The notes beneath the pieces are model-generated. The model made no database searches. It worked only from the letters and a program-made list of their open reading frames with translations, and was not told the origin of the DNA. Positions 50,196-59,394 of a stretch of DNA of 64,000 bases are shown one piece after another (position 1 is the stretch's first letter; each line of letters begins with the position of its first letter). Source of the DNA: an uncultured Bacteroidota bacterium (GTDB taxonomy: Bacteria > Bacteroidota > Bacteroidia > Flavobacteriales > Flavobacteriaceae). The stretch is from positions 3,875 to 67,874 of the forward strand of contig CACIHJ010000004.1 of the NCBI GenBank assembly GCA_902586435.1, in the 5' to 3' direction. Both the position numbers and the translations under genes were made by a program.

Positions 50196-50567
50196 ATGGA
50201 TTCTCAAAGGCAAAAAAAGGTTTCGTCTTTAATTCAAAAGGAGTTGGCTACACTAATCGCTGGAGATCTTCGAAAGGGTGGCGTCGGTAATCTTTTAATT
50301 TCTGTAACTCAGGTTAGGGTTGCCCCTGACTTTTCTGTTGCAAAAGTATATCTCAGTATTTTTCCAAGCGATAAGGCGGGAGAGAGATTAGAGCAGCTAC
50401 AAGGAAATGCTTCAAAAATAAAATTTGATCTTTCAAAAATTGTTAAAAACCAACTTAGAAAAGTTCCTGCTCTTTCTTTTTATCTAGACGACTCTTTAGA
50501 TCATATAGATGAAATTGATGAATCTATTAAAAACCCCTTTAACCCAATAAAAAACAAAAATGTTTAA
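50196..50567 (+). CDS. rbfA: Ribosome-binding factor A
   Basis: QRQKKVSSLIQKELA...VRVAPDFSVAKVYLS. Confidence 0.9.
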   Translation: MDSQRQKKVSSLIQKELATLIAGDLRKGGVGNLLISVTQVRVAPDFSVAKVYLSIFPSDKAGERLEQLQGNASKIKFDLSKIVKNQLRKVPALSFYLDDSLDHIDEIDESIKNPFNPIKNKNV

Positions 50568-51762
50568 CCGCTTTATATTTAAAGTCGCCTACAGGTACTT
50601 TTTTGCAAGAAGCTCAAAGACTATTGTAAATAGAATTAACCGGTTTGCTTTTATTATGATTGTTGTTTCTGCCTGCTCACTTCTTGTTGTGTTGAGCGCT
50701 TTCTCTGGCCTTAAAGACTTTGGTTTGCTATATACTAATTCTTTTGATCCTGACTATAAGGTTATTCCAGAAGTTGGCAAACATTTTATTTTAGACAGCT
50801 CTTCTGTTGAAAGGGTTCCGTCTCTTTCTGGGGTGTCTAACTCTTCTTTAGTTCTTGAAGAAAAAGTACTCTTGTCAAACCCCCTTAACTCTAGGGCTAT
50901 TGTTTTAAAAGGCCTTGACTCAAATCATTTTTTAAACCAAAAGCTAAACGACCTGTCTCTGGTTGGGGTTTATGATGTTCGCGATAAAGACAATATATAT
51001 CTTGGCGCCTCCATTGCCTCCGATCTTGATGTTGTTCTAAGTGAGGATTTTTCTGTAAATGCTACCCTGCCTTCTTTGAGAAACTTTTCTCTGCTTAACC
51101 CTTCTCCGTTTTCTAGTCTGTCTTTTCAGATACAAGGAATTTATCAAATTAGTGGAGACATTGAAAACAAGTATGCGTTTACTTCTCTTTCATCTTTAAG
51201 CAGCCTCTCAAAGCTTCCCAAAAACAATTTTTCATCTATCGAAATTCTTGTTGATGAGGACTTTTCCATAGAAACTTTAGAAAACGACCTTGACAAAATA
51301 CTTCCTGTTGATTTTATAATCGTCTCAAAAGAAGAACTAAATCCTGCTCTTTACAAAATGCTTAATACTGAGAACTTTGCTGTTTATCTTATTTTTTGTT
51401 TAGTTGTTATTATTGCCGTTTTTAATCTTGTTGGCTCTCTAACAATAATGATGGTTGAAAAAACAAATGATCTAAAAATTTTAAATGCTTTGGGTGCAAA
51501 GAAGGGGTCTTTTAAAAATATTTTTCTTTCTCTTGGTGTTATCGTCTCTTTATTTGGGAGTCTTGTTGGCTGCCTTCTTGGCTCTGTTTTTGTTCTAGCT
51601 CAAGCCTCAAGTCCTTTTGTATATGTCCCCGGAACCAACCTTCCTTACCCTGTTATTCTTTCTTTTCAAAATCTTTTTGTTGTGTTTTTAACCGTCTCCT
51701 TAATCGGGTTTATAGCTTCTTTTTGGACTACTAGAAACTTGAGTAAACGTTTTTTAGACTAG
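50560..51762 (+). CDS. FtsX-like ABC transporter permease (LolC/E-like)
   Basis: N-terminal TM helix, large loop, then 3 C-terminal TM helices. ATGTTTAA overlap with rbfA. Confidence 0.75.
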   Translation: MFNRFIFKVAYRYFFARSSKTIVNRINRFAFIMIVVSACSLLVVLSAFSGLKDFGLLYTNSFDPDYKVIPEVGKHFILDSSSVERVPSLSGVSNSSLVLEEKVLLSNPLNSRAIVLKGLDSNHFLNQKLNDLSLVGVYDVRDKDNIYLGASIASDLDVVLSEDFSVNATLPSLRNFSLLNPSPFSSLSFQIQGIYQISGDIENKYAFTSLSSLSSLSKLPKNNFSSIEILVDEDFSIETLENDLDKILPVDFIIVSKEELNPALYKMLNTENFAVYLIFCLVVIIAVFNLVGSLTIMMVEKTNDLKILNALGAKKGSFKNIFLSLGVIVSLFGSLVGCLLGSVFVLAQASSPFVYVPGTNLPYPVILSFQNLFVVFLTVSLIGFIASFWTTRNLSKRFLD

Positions 51763-52749
51763 GGTCTTTATTTCTGGCTGGCGATCCTTAATACCATCTA
51801 GTATTGTTATTATTTTGTTTGGATCGTTTTCTGTTAATATTGCAGTTTTTGTTGATTTAAAATTCTCAACACCTTTAAAATAATTTCCATAGTGCCTTCT
51901 TGTTTCAAGCACACCTAGAACTTCTCCCTTCCACTGTAGAGAAAGCTGTAAATGTTTTTTTGCCATTTCTGCCCTTTGTTTAAGGGTGGGCGGTTTCTTT
52001 ATTTGCCCTGTCTTAAAGAAATGTTTTATTTCCTCAAAAATCCAGGGATTTCCAATAGACCCTCTGCCTATCATTGCACCGTCTAACCCGTATTCATCTC
52101 TCATTCTTTTTGCTGCCTGGGGCGTGTTAACATCACCGTTGCCAAAAACTGGGATGCTCATCCTGTTGTTGTTTTTCACTTCACTTATTTTTTCCCATGA
52201 CGCATCTCCTTTATACATTTGTGCCCTTGTTCTTCCGTGAATAGAAATAGCCTTTATACCAACATCTTGTAGCCTTTCTGCAACCTCAACAATTTTTATA
52301 GTTTTCTCGTCCCATCCCAGTCTAGTTTTAACAGTCACGGGTAGTTTTGTTCTTTTCACTATTTCTTTTGTAAGGCTAACCATTAACGGTATGTCTTTTA
52401 GAATACCTGCTCCAGCTCCTTTACATACCACCTTTTTTACAGGACATCCATAGTTTATGTCTATTATATCAGGGTTGGTTTTTTCAACAATGTCAACAGC
52501 TTGAAGCATTGAATCGAGGTTTGCCCCAAAGATTTGAATCCCAACAGGTCTCTCTTGTTGATAGATATCCAGTTTTTTTGTGCTTTTTGCAGCGTTTCTT
52601 ATAAGGCCTTCGCTAGAGATAAACTCAGTGTAGACAACGTCAGCCCCGTGCTTTTTACAAAGCTCGCGAAATGGTGGGTCACTAACATCTTCCATGGGCG
52701 CTAGCAATAAAGGAAAATCTGGAAGTTCTATTTTGCCTATTTTAATCAT
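51754..52749 (-). CDS. dusB: tRNA dihydrouridine synthase
   Basis: LLLAPMEDVSDPPFR, INYGCP and HGRT motifs. The start is moved to ATG 52749. Confidence 0.88.
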   Translation of the reverse strand: MIKIGKIELPDFPLLLAPMEDVSDPPFRELCKKHGADVVYTEFISSEGLIRNAAKSTKKLDIYQQERPVGIQIFGANLDSMLQAVDIVEKTNPDIIDINYGCPVKKVVCKGAGAGILKDIPLMVSLTKEIVKRTKLPVTVKTRLGWDEKTIKIVEVAERLQDVGIKAISIHGRTRAQMYKGDASWEKISEVKNNNRMSIPVFGNGDVNTPQAAKRMRDEYGLDGAMIGRGSIGNPWIFEEIKHFFKTGQIKKPPTLKQRAEMAKKHLQLSLQWKGEVLGVLETRRHYGNYFKGVENFKSTKTAILTENDPNKIITILDGIKDRQPEIKTLV

Positions 52750-52753
52750 ATGG

Positions 52754-52761
52754 CAAAAATA
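52754..52761 (-). promoter_or_regulatory. Candidate -7 box (TATTTTTG on the minus strand)
   Basis: Ends 4 nt before the dusB ATG, implying a leaderless or near-leaderless mRNA. Confidence 0.3.
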
Positions 52762-52812
52762 AGAATTCCTTGATTTATAAAGGGTTTCTCTTTTAAGATA
52801 TTTCAAACTAAG

Positions 52813-52820
52813 TATCTTTG
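52813..52820 (+). promoter_or_regulatory. Candidate -7 box (TATCTTTG)
   Basis: Lies 17 nt upstream of the lepA GTG. Confidence 0.3.
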
Positions 52821-52836
52821 TCTTAAAATAAGACTG

Positions 52837-54636
52837 GTGAAAAAGGTTATTAGAAATTTTTGCATTATCGCTCATATAGATCATGGGAAAAGCACGCTTG
52901 CAGACAGGCTTCTTGACTCAACGGGTTCCGTAGACGAGAGAGACAAACAGGCTCAGCTGCTTGATGATATGGACCTGGAAAGAGAGAGGGGGATAACAAT
53001 TAAATCGCATGCCGTACAAATGGAATATAAAAAGGACGGGGTTGAATATGTTCTAAACCTTATTGACACGCCTGGACATGTAGATTTTTCATATGAGGTC
53101 TCAAGGGCAATTGCTGCTTGTGAAGGCGCTTTATTGGTTGTTGATGCTGCCCAAAGCATACAGGCCCAAACAATTTCTAATCTTTATTTGGCATTAGAGA
53201 ATGACCTTGAAATTATACCTGTTCTTAATAAAATAGACCTTCCTTCGGCCAATCCTGAGGTCGTTGCTGACGAGGTTGTTTCTTTGCTCGGCTGTAAACA
53301 TGAAGACATCCTTTTAGCTTCAGCCAAAACCGGAAAGGGGATTGAGAAAATCCTTGATGCTATTATTGAAAAGGTGCCACACCCTCAGGGCCAAGAAGAT
53401 CAAGAGCTTCAAGCTTTAATTTTCGACTCTGTCTTTAACCCTTATCGCGGAATAGAAACATATTTTAAAGTTGTTAATGGAAGCCTTTCTAAGGGCGACA
53501 AAATAAAATTTCTCTCTACAAAAAAAACATATGGGGCTGAAGAGGTTGGCACACTAAGGCTTCAACAGGTCCCAAAAGATAAAATTTCTTGTGGAGATGT
53601 TGGATACCTTATCACCGGGATTAAAGAGGCTAAAGAGGTTAAGGTTGGCGACACAATTACCCTTGCAGAATCTTCTATGGAGACTCCTATTGAGGGTTTT
53701 GAAGATGTTAAGCCAATGGTTTTTGCAGGAATTTATCCTGTAGACAGTGATGACTATGAGGATCTTCGTTCAAGCATGGAAAAACTTCAGTTGAACGACG
53801 CTTCATTGGTTTTTTCTCCCGAAAGTTCTGCTGCGCTTGGGTTTGGTTTCAGGTGTGGGTTTTTAGGAATGCTTCATTTGGAAATCATTCAAGAAAGACT
53901 ACAAAGGGAGTTTAATATGTCTGTAATTACAACTGTTCCCAACGTGTCATATCATGCTTATACGAAAAAGGATCCCGCTACCCCAATACTTGTTAACAAC
54001 CCTTCTGATTTGCCCGACCCTTCTCGATTAGACCGAGTTGAAGAGCCGTTTATAAAAGCCTCTATAATAACAAAGTCTGAGTTTGTTGGAAACGCTCTAA
54101 ATCTTTGTATAGAAAAAAGAGGGGTCGTAACAAACCAAAGATATCTTTCTACTGAGCGAGTTGAGCTTAGTTTTGACATGCCTCTTGCAGAGATTGTTTT
54201 TGATTTTTATGATCGCCTCAAGTCTGTATCAAAAGGCTACGCCTCTTTTGACTACTCCCCCTCAGGGATGGTGTCTTCAAAATTGGTGCGCCTAGACATA
54301 CTGTTAAACGGAAGCCCTGTTGATGCGCTTTCTTCTCTGATCCACTTTGAAAACGCCCAACGACTTGGAAGAAAAATGTGTGAAAAACTAAAGGAGCTGA
54401 TACCAAGACAGCAGTTTGACATCCCTGTGCAAGCGGCGATAGGGGCTAAAATCATATCAAGAGAAACAATAAAAGCTTTTAGAAAAGATGTAACCGCAAA
54501 GCTTTATGGTGGAGACGTTACAAGAAAGAGAAAGCTTTTAGAAAAACAGAAGAAGGGTAAGAAAAAAATGAGAATGGTGGGTAGTGTTGAAATCCCACAA
54601 AAAGCATTTATGGCAGTATTGCAAATTAACAATTAG
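52837..54636 (+). CDS. lepA: Elongation factor 4
   Basis: [30 protein letters not shown] and NKID. Starts with GTG. Confidence 0.95.
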   Translation: MKKVIRNFCIIAHIDHGKSTLADRLLDSTGSVDERDKQAQLLDDMDLERERGITIKSHAVQMEYKKDGVEYVLNLIDTPGHVDFSYEVSRAIAACEGALLVVDAAQSIQAQTISNLYLALENDLEIIPVLNKIDLPSANPEVVADEVVSLLGCKHEDILLASAKTGKGIEKILDAIIEKVPHPQGQEDQELQALIFDSVFNPYRGIETYFKVVNGSLSKGDKIKFLSTKKTYGAEEVGTLRLQQVPKDKISCGDVGYLITGIKEAKEVKVGDTITLAESSMETPIEGFEDVKPMVFAGIYPVDSDDYEDLRSSMEKLQLNDASLVFSPESSAALGFGFRCGFLGMLHLEIIQERLQREFNMSVITTVPNVSYHAYTKKDPATPILVNNPSDLPDPSRLDRVEEPFIKASIITKSEFVGNALNLCIEKRGVVTNQRYLSTERVELSFDMPLAEIVFDFYDRLKSVSKGYASFDYSPSGMVSSKLVRLDILLNGSPVDALSSLIHFENAQRLGRKMCEKLKELIPRQQFDIPVQAAIGAKIISRETIKAFRKDVTAKLYGGDVTRKRKLLEKQKKGKKKMRMVGSVEIPQKAFMAVLQINN

Positions 54637-55482
54637 ATGAATTTATTTTCAATAGAAACCGGAAATTTTAAGCTTGATGGCGGAGCCATGTTTGGTGTTG
54701 TTCCAAAAGCTTTGTGGGAAAAAACAAACCCTGCGGATGATAAAAACAGAATCGACATGAGCGCAAGATGCTTGTTGATTGAGGATGGGAAGAAGCTTAT
54801 TCTTATTGACGCCGGGCTTGGTGACAAGCAAAGCGATAAATTCTTCAGTCATTACTCAAGGTGGGGAGATAGAACGCTTGTTGGCTCGCTTAAAGCTGAA
54901 GGGTTTTCCCCCGATGATATTACTGATGTGTTTTTTACACATCTGCATTTTGACCATTGTGGCGGTGCCACAAAAAGAGAGGGGGATAAAATAGTGCCCG
55001 CTTTTAAAAACGCACAGTTTTGGTGTTCAAAAAGCCATTGGGAGTGGGCAACCGTTAGCCCAAACCCTAGAGAAAAAGCTTCTTTTTTAGAAGAAAATCT
55101 TCAACCTATAAAAGAGTCGGGGCAACTAAATCTTTTTGACAGCGATAAAGATGGTTTTTGCGCAGACCTTGGGTTTGATCTTCTTTTGTTTGACGGCCAC
55201 ACAGAAAAAATGGCATTGCCGAAAATCACATACAAAGAAAAAACTATTCTTTTTGCCTCTGATCTTGTTCCAACCGCTGGACACATACCCACCCCCTACT
55301 TGATGGGTTATGACATAAGGCCCCTGGTGACAATGGCTGAAAAAGAGCGCGTATTAAATGGAGCCGTTAAGAACAACGTTTTGCTTTTCATGCAACACGA
55401 CCCTCACAACGAACTTGTTGTTTTAAAAAACACAGAGAAAGGGGTTCGTTTTGACTCCTCAACCTCTTTAAAAAAATTATAA
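54637..55482 (+). CDS. Metallo-beta-lactamase-fold hydrolase
   Basis: THLHFDHCGG (HxHxDH). Starts on the nucleotide after the lepA stop. Confidence 0.8.
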   Translation: MNLFSIETGNFKLDGGAMFGVVPKALWEKTNPADDKNRIDMSARCLLIEDGKKLILIDAGLGDKQSDKFFSHYSRWGDRTLVGSLKAEGFSPDDITDVFFTHLHFDHCGGATKREGDKIVPAFKNAQFWCSKSHWEWATVSPNPREKASFLEENLQPIKESGQLNLFDSDKDGFCADLGFDLLLFDGHTEKMALPKITYKEKTILFASDLVPTAGHIPTPYLMGYDIRPLVTMAEKERVLNGAVKNNVLLFMQHDPHNELVVLKNTEKGVRFDSSTSLKKL

Positions 55483-55811
55483 TGCCCTCTCCTTTAAAAA
55501 ACAAAAAAAAGATAGAGCTGCTTTTTCGCTTAGGAGAAAAAAAGAGCTCTGATGTCTTTGAGTGCAGGTGCCTTTCTTCATCTGAAAAAGAAGGGGAGGT
55601 AAGATTTGTTGTTGTCGCCCCCAAAAAAAACTTCCCACGCGCAGTTGATAGAAATAAAATAAAAAGAAGAATGCGAGAGATTGTTCGCAAGCAAAGCGAT
55701 GCTCTTGGCGACTCTAACTTTAACTGGTTTCTTTTTATTTACTTAAGTAAGGAGATTCTTTCCTCAAAAGAAATGGAGGTTGAGCTTAAGGGGGTTGTGT
55801 CCTCTTTATAG
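55482..55811 (+). CDS. rnpA: Ribonuclease P protein component
   Basis: RAVDRNKIKRRMREI. TAATG overlap with the MBL gene. Confidence 0.85.
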   Translation: MPSPLKNKKKIELLFRLGEKKSSDVFECRCLSSSEKEGEVRFVVVAPKKNFPRAVDRNKIKRRMREIVRKQSDALGDSNFNWFLFIYLSKEILSSKEMEVELKGVVSSL

Positions 55812-55812
55812 G

Positions 55813-56265
55813 CTACCTTCTTTTATAATACATTGCGCAGTGAGGGATTCCGTCCTCCAAATAGCGTTCGTTTTTGCACACAAATCCTCTGTCTAGGTAG
55901 AACTTTTCTAGATACTCCTGCGCTGATATTTTTATATCGTGGTTGCTGAAGTTTTTCAGGCAGGCCTCTACTGTTTTTTCTACAAGCTCTATGCCCACGC
56001 CTTTTCCTCTTTCCTTTTCATCCACCGCCACTCTTCCAAAACCAGAAAAGCCCTCATAGTATTCGCCTGGTGGAAAGGCTCTTGCGTATGCTATAAGCAT
56101 TCCGTTTTTTCTTCCTATTATGTGTATGGCCTTTTGGTCTTTATTGTCTGGGTCCACATAAGCTATCTCTTGCTCTAACACAAAAATTTCTGCTCTTATT
56201 TTAAATATCTCATAGAGCTCGTCCGCGCTTAGCTCTTCAAACCTTTTTTCTTCCCACTTTATCAT
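55813..56265 (-). CDS. GNAT family N-acetyltransferase (ElaA-like)
   Basis: RVAVDEKERGKGVGIELV acetyl-CoA motif. Confidence 0.8.
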   Translation of the reverse strand: MIKWEEKRFEELSADELYEIFKIRAEIFVLEQEIAYVDPDNKDQKAIHIIGRKNGMLIAYARAFPPGEYYEGFSGFGRVAVDEKERGKGVGIELVEKTVEACLKNFSNHDIKISAQEYLEKFYLDRGFVCKNERYLEDGIPHCAMYYKRR

Positions 56266-56697
56266 TTATTGCTTAGGTATTTTTTTTACCCTTCTCTCAT
56301 GCCTTCCTCCCTCAAACTCTGATTCTAAAAAAGCCGTTATTATTTCCTCTATTTCTTTTTTTTCTAAAAACCTTGAGGGGATGCTTATCACGTTCGCGTT
56401 GTTGTGTTGTTTTGCAAGCTTCGCGATTTCTTTATTCCAGCAAACTGCAGCCCTTACCCCTTGGTGTTTGTTTGCTGTCATTGCCGCTCCATTGCCTGAT
56501 CCGCAAACAATAATGCCTATGTCTGCTTTTTTTTCTTCTACCTCTTCTGCAACCCTATGTATGTAATCTGGATAGTCAACGCTTTCTTCTCCGTCATACC
56601 CTTTGTTGGAGGTGCTTATGCCTTTTTCTCTTAGAAAGCTTTCTATGTGTTTTTTAACCTCTACTCCTGCGTGGTCATTTCCTAAAGATATTAGCAT
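56266..56697 (-). CDS. rpiB: Ribose-5-phosphate isomerase B
   Basis: GIIVCGSGNGAAMTANKHQGVRAA. Confidence 0.9.
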   Translation of the reverse strand: MLISLGNDHAGVEVKKHIESFLREKGISTSNKGYDGEESVDYPDYIHRVAEEVEEKKADIGIIVCGSGNGAAMTANKHQGVRAAVCWNKEIAKLAKQHNNANVISIPSRFLEKKEIEEIITAFLESEFEGGRHERRVKKIPKQ

Positions 56698-56755
56698 TCT
56701 TTTTTATTTTAAGTTAACAAATATCTTTTTATTATTCATAAGTTGTTAATAGTTG

Positions 56756-56895
56756 TTTAATTTTTTCTTTTTTTTTCTTTCTCTTTTTTTTATCACCCTT
56801 TTCTTTTTTCTTTTCCACCCCTTGTTAACTTTTTTCCTTTCTTTTTTATTAACTTTTCTTTTTATTTTTTCAATATTAACACCTTTTAATTACTC
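56756..56895. repeat. Homopyrimidine/homopurine low-complexity tract inside a 414-bp non-coding spacer
   Basis: The + strand has a single G (56824) across about 140 nt. Positions 56761-56820 contain 3 purines in 60 nt. Confidence 0.8.
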
Positions 56896-57095
56896 GCTTA
56901 CTTTGCTGCTTTTTAGTGATTTAAGATGTTGATGGTTTGTTTGTAGTTTTCTTTTCTTGTTCAAATCTTTATTCTGGTCTTTTGTTTTTAAGATATTAAC
57001 CGCATATAATAACTATAGTTAATTTAAATAAATAACAAATGTTATATATGTTTAAATGTTAGTATCTAAAAAAGTCAACATGAAAGTATTAAAAC

Positions 57096-57103
57096 TATCT
57101 TTG
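57096..57103 (+). promoter_or_regulatory. Candidate -7 box (TATCTTTG)
   Basis: Lies 15 nt upstream of the rnr ATG at 57118. Confidence 0.3.
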
Positions 57104-57117
57104 AACTATTATTGAAG

Positions 57118-59277
57118 ATGGGTAAAAAAAAGAAACAGCAAATAGATCTCGAAAGAAAAATAACAAAAGTCTTTCTTAAAAATCCAAACAGTGAGTTTAA
57201 TTATAAACAGATATCGGCCGCTCTTAATGTTAAAGACACAAAGGGAAGGAACGAGATAATTAAGTCAATCACAAAAATGTTTAATAAGAAAAAGCTTATC
57301 TCACCAGCGCGTGGAAAATACGCTCTCAGCAACAATCAGAACAATATAATAAAGGGTGTTTTAGAAATAACATCAACAGGGAGAGGGTATGTGGTAACTG
57401 ACGATCTAGAAGAAGATGTAGCCATAGAAAGAAAAAGACTAAACAAAGCGTTTAATGGAGACGTGGTTACAGTTTTAGTAAGACAAAAAAAACAGAAAGA
57501 AAAACCAGAAGGCGAGGTTCTTGAGATAGTTCAAAGAAAAAAAGAGAAGTTTATAGGGGTTTTTGAAAGACACAAAGACTATGGTTTTGTTAACACAAGA
57601 AGCGCAAGAATGTACACAGATTTCTTTATCAACAAAGAAGACATGGGGGGCTATAAAACAGGAGAAACGGTCGTTGTTGAAATAAAAAAATGGGAGGAAA
57701 AAAAAGAATCACCAGAAGGAAAAATTATTAAAAGCCTAGGAGAGAAAAAAGAAGAGATAGAGGCATATTCAATTCTATATGAACACGGCCTTTCAGTTGA
57801 GTTTCCTGAAATAGTTGAGAAAGAAGCAGAACAGATAAGCGCGCAAAGCCATAAAAAAGAAGTTGAAAAAAGAAAAGACATGAGGGACGTCCTAACCTTT
57901 ACTATTGATCCAGATGATGCTAAAGATTTTGATGATGCTATTTCTTTTGTTGAAATAAATAAAAATCTTTTCGAGATAGGGGTCCATATAGCAGACGTTT
58001 CACACTTTGTTAAAGAGGGAACGGAGCTTGATAAAGAAGCAAGAAGTAGGGCAACATCTGTTTATCTTGTAGACAGAGTAATACCAATGCTTCCCGAAAC
58101 CCTTTCTAACAACCTTTGTTCATTAAGGCCAAACGAAGAAAAGCTCACCTTTTCGGCAATTTTTAAAATAAACAAAAATGGAGAAGTAAAAGAAGAGTGG
58201 TTTGGAAAAACAGTAATAAAGTCCAACGAAAGGCTTTCATATCAAGAAGCAAAAATTTTAATAGACTCTAAAGCCTCAGAAATACCAAAAGAATTTTCAT
58301 TGAGCAATAAAAAAAGAAATGTTGAAAAGGGGGTAACAAAAGCTCTTCTTCAAACAAACGAAATAGCCACAAAAATTAGAAAAAAAAGAATAGGGCAGGG
58401 GGCTATTATTTTTGACAAAACAGAAATCAAGTTTGTTTTAGACAAAAACAAACAGCCTATAGATGTTGTCTTTAAGAAAACAGAAAACGCAAACAAACTT
58501 ATAGAGGAGCTTATGCTTCTTGCCAACAAAAGAGTAGCAGAGAAGATTCAAAAGTTTCAAAAAAAACCAACGTTTATATACAGGGTCCACGATAAGCCAG
58601 ACCCAGAAAAACTAAAAGCCCTCAAAGTAATTGTGGAAAAGTTTGGATACTCTCTAGGTCTTTCGGAGGGGAATGTGGCAAAAGAGCTGAACGCCTTGCT
58701 TATAAGCATAAAGGGAAAGAAGGAACAAAACCTAATACAAACATTAACGATTAGAAGCATGAGCAAGGCAGAATATACCACAAAAAACATAGGACACTAT
58801 GGGCTTTCTTTTTCTCACTACTCCCACTTTACCTCTCCAATAAGGAGGTATCCAGATGTTCTGGTTCATAGGGTTTTGGAAGCAAGCCTCAATAAAACAA
58901 AAATAAAGGACGAACAAGAGCTTGAGGAGCTTGCAGAACACTCAACAGAAAAAGAGATCCATGCCACGAAAGCAGAAAGGGACTCTATAAAGCTAACGCA
59001 AGTTAAGTTCATGCAAGAAAAAATAGGAAAAAGGTACCAGGCGGTTGTTTCTGGAGTTATCCAGCGGGGAATTTTTGTAGAGGTTGTAGAGAACAAGTGT
59101 GAGGGGCTGGTAAAAGCAAAAGATCTGCCGGGGGACTTTTACAGCTACGATATAAAAAACCACATGTTCCAAGGGGAAAGAACGGGAAAAAAATATCAGC
59201 TAGGCGATGAGGTTTTCGTCGTTCTTCAGGGCGCAGACATGGTGAAAAAACAACTTGACTTTCAAGTTGTATCTTGA
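57118..59277 (+). CDS. rnr: Ribonuclease R
   Basis: RNB domain (TIDPDDAKDFDDAIS, HYGLSFSHYSHFTSPIRRYPD) and a C-terminal S1 domain. ATG 57118 is preferred to TTG 57112. Confidence 0.92.
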   Translation: MGKKKKQQIDLERKITKVFLKNPNSEFNYKQISAALNVKDTKGRNEIIKSITKMFNKKKLISPARGKYALSNNQNNIIKGVLEITSTGRGYVVTDDLEEDVAIERKRLNKAFNGDVVTVLVRQKKQKEKPEGEVLEIVQRKKEKFIGVFERHKDYGFVNTRSARMYTDFFINKEDMGGYKTGETVVVEIKKWEEKKESPEGKIIKSLGEKKEEIEAYSILYEHGLSVEFPEIVEKEAEQISAQSHKKEVEKRKDMRDVLTFTIDPDDAKDFDDAISFVEINKNLFEIGVHIADVSHFVKEGTELDKEARSRATSVYLVDRVIPMLPETLSNNLCSLRPNEEKLTFSAIFKINKNGEVKEEWFGKTVIKSNERLSYQEAKILIDSKASEIPKEFSLSNKKRNVEKGVTKALLQTNEIATKIRKKRIGQGAIIFDKTEIKFVLDKNKQPIDVVFKKTENANKLIEELMLLANKRVAEKIQKFQKKPTFIYRVHDKPDPEKLKALKVIVEKFGYSLGLSEGNVAKELNALLISIKGKKEQNLIQTLTIRSMSKAEYTTKNIGHYGLSFSHYSHFTSPIRRYPDVLVHRVLEASLNKTKIKDEQELEELAEHSTEKEIHATKAERDSIKLTQVKFMQEKIGKRYQAVVSGVIQRGIFVEVVENKCEGLVKAKDLPGDFYSYDIKNHMFQGERTGKKYQLGDEVFVVLQGADMVKKQLDFQVVS

Positions 59278-59347
59278 GGCATCGAGCGGATTCGAACCGC
59301 TGTAGGAGCTTTTGCAGAGCCCTGCCTAGCCACTCGGCCACAATGCC
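59277..59347 (-). tRNA. tRNA-Cys (GCA); CCA is not encoded
   Basis: Hand-folded 71-nt cloverleaf from GGCATTGTGGCCGAGTGGCTAGGCAGGGCTCTGCAAAAGCTCCTACAGCGGTTCGAATCCGCTCGATGCCT, with a 3-bp D-stem and a U73 discriminator. Confidence 0.88.
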
Positions 59348-59381
59348 TTAATTAGCAAAAGTAAGATAAAAAATTAAACTT

Positions 59382-59389
59382 TATCTTTG
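59382..59389 (+). promoter_or_regulatory. Candidate -7 box (TATCTTTG)
   Basis: Ends 5 nt before the glnS GTG at 59395. Confidence 0.3.
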
Positions 59390-59394
59390 TTTTT

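Noticed and set aside
52750-52884. 45-codon N-terminal extension of dusB that overlaps the lepA start.
   Set aside because: The extension has no conserved sequence and overlaps the lepA promoter and start. The conserved Dus N-terminus begins at the internal ATG 52749.
56756-56890. Phe/Leu/Ser-rich small ORFs readable through the T/C tract.
   Set aside because: The lack of stop codons is a trivial result of having almost no A or G. There is no convincing start codon, and the translation is low-complexity.
56698-57111. Replication origin (oriC) in the long spacer.
   Set aside because: Only weak DnaA-box resemblances are present (TTTTCCACC, TTATCACCC). There is no dnaA or dnaN nearby and no clustered consensus boxes.
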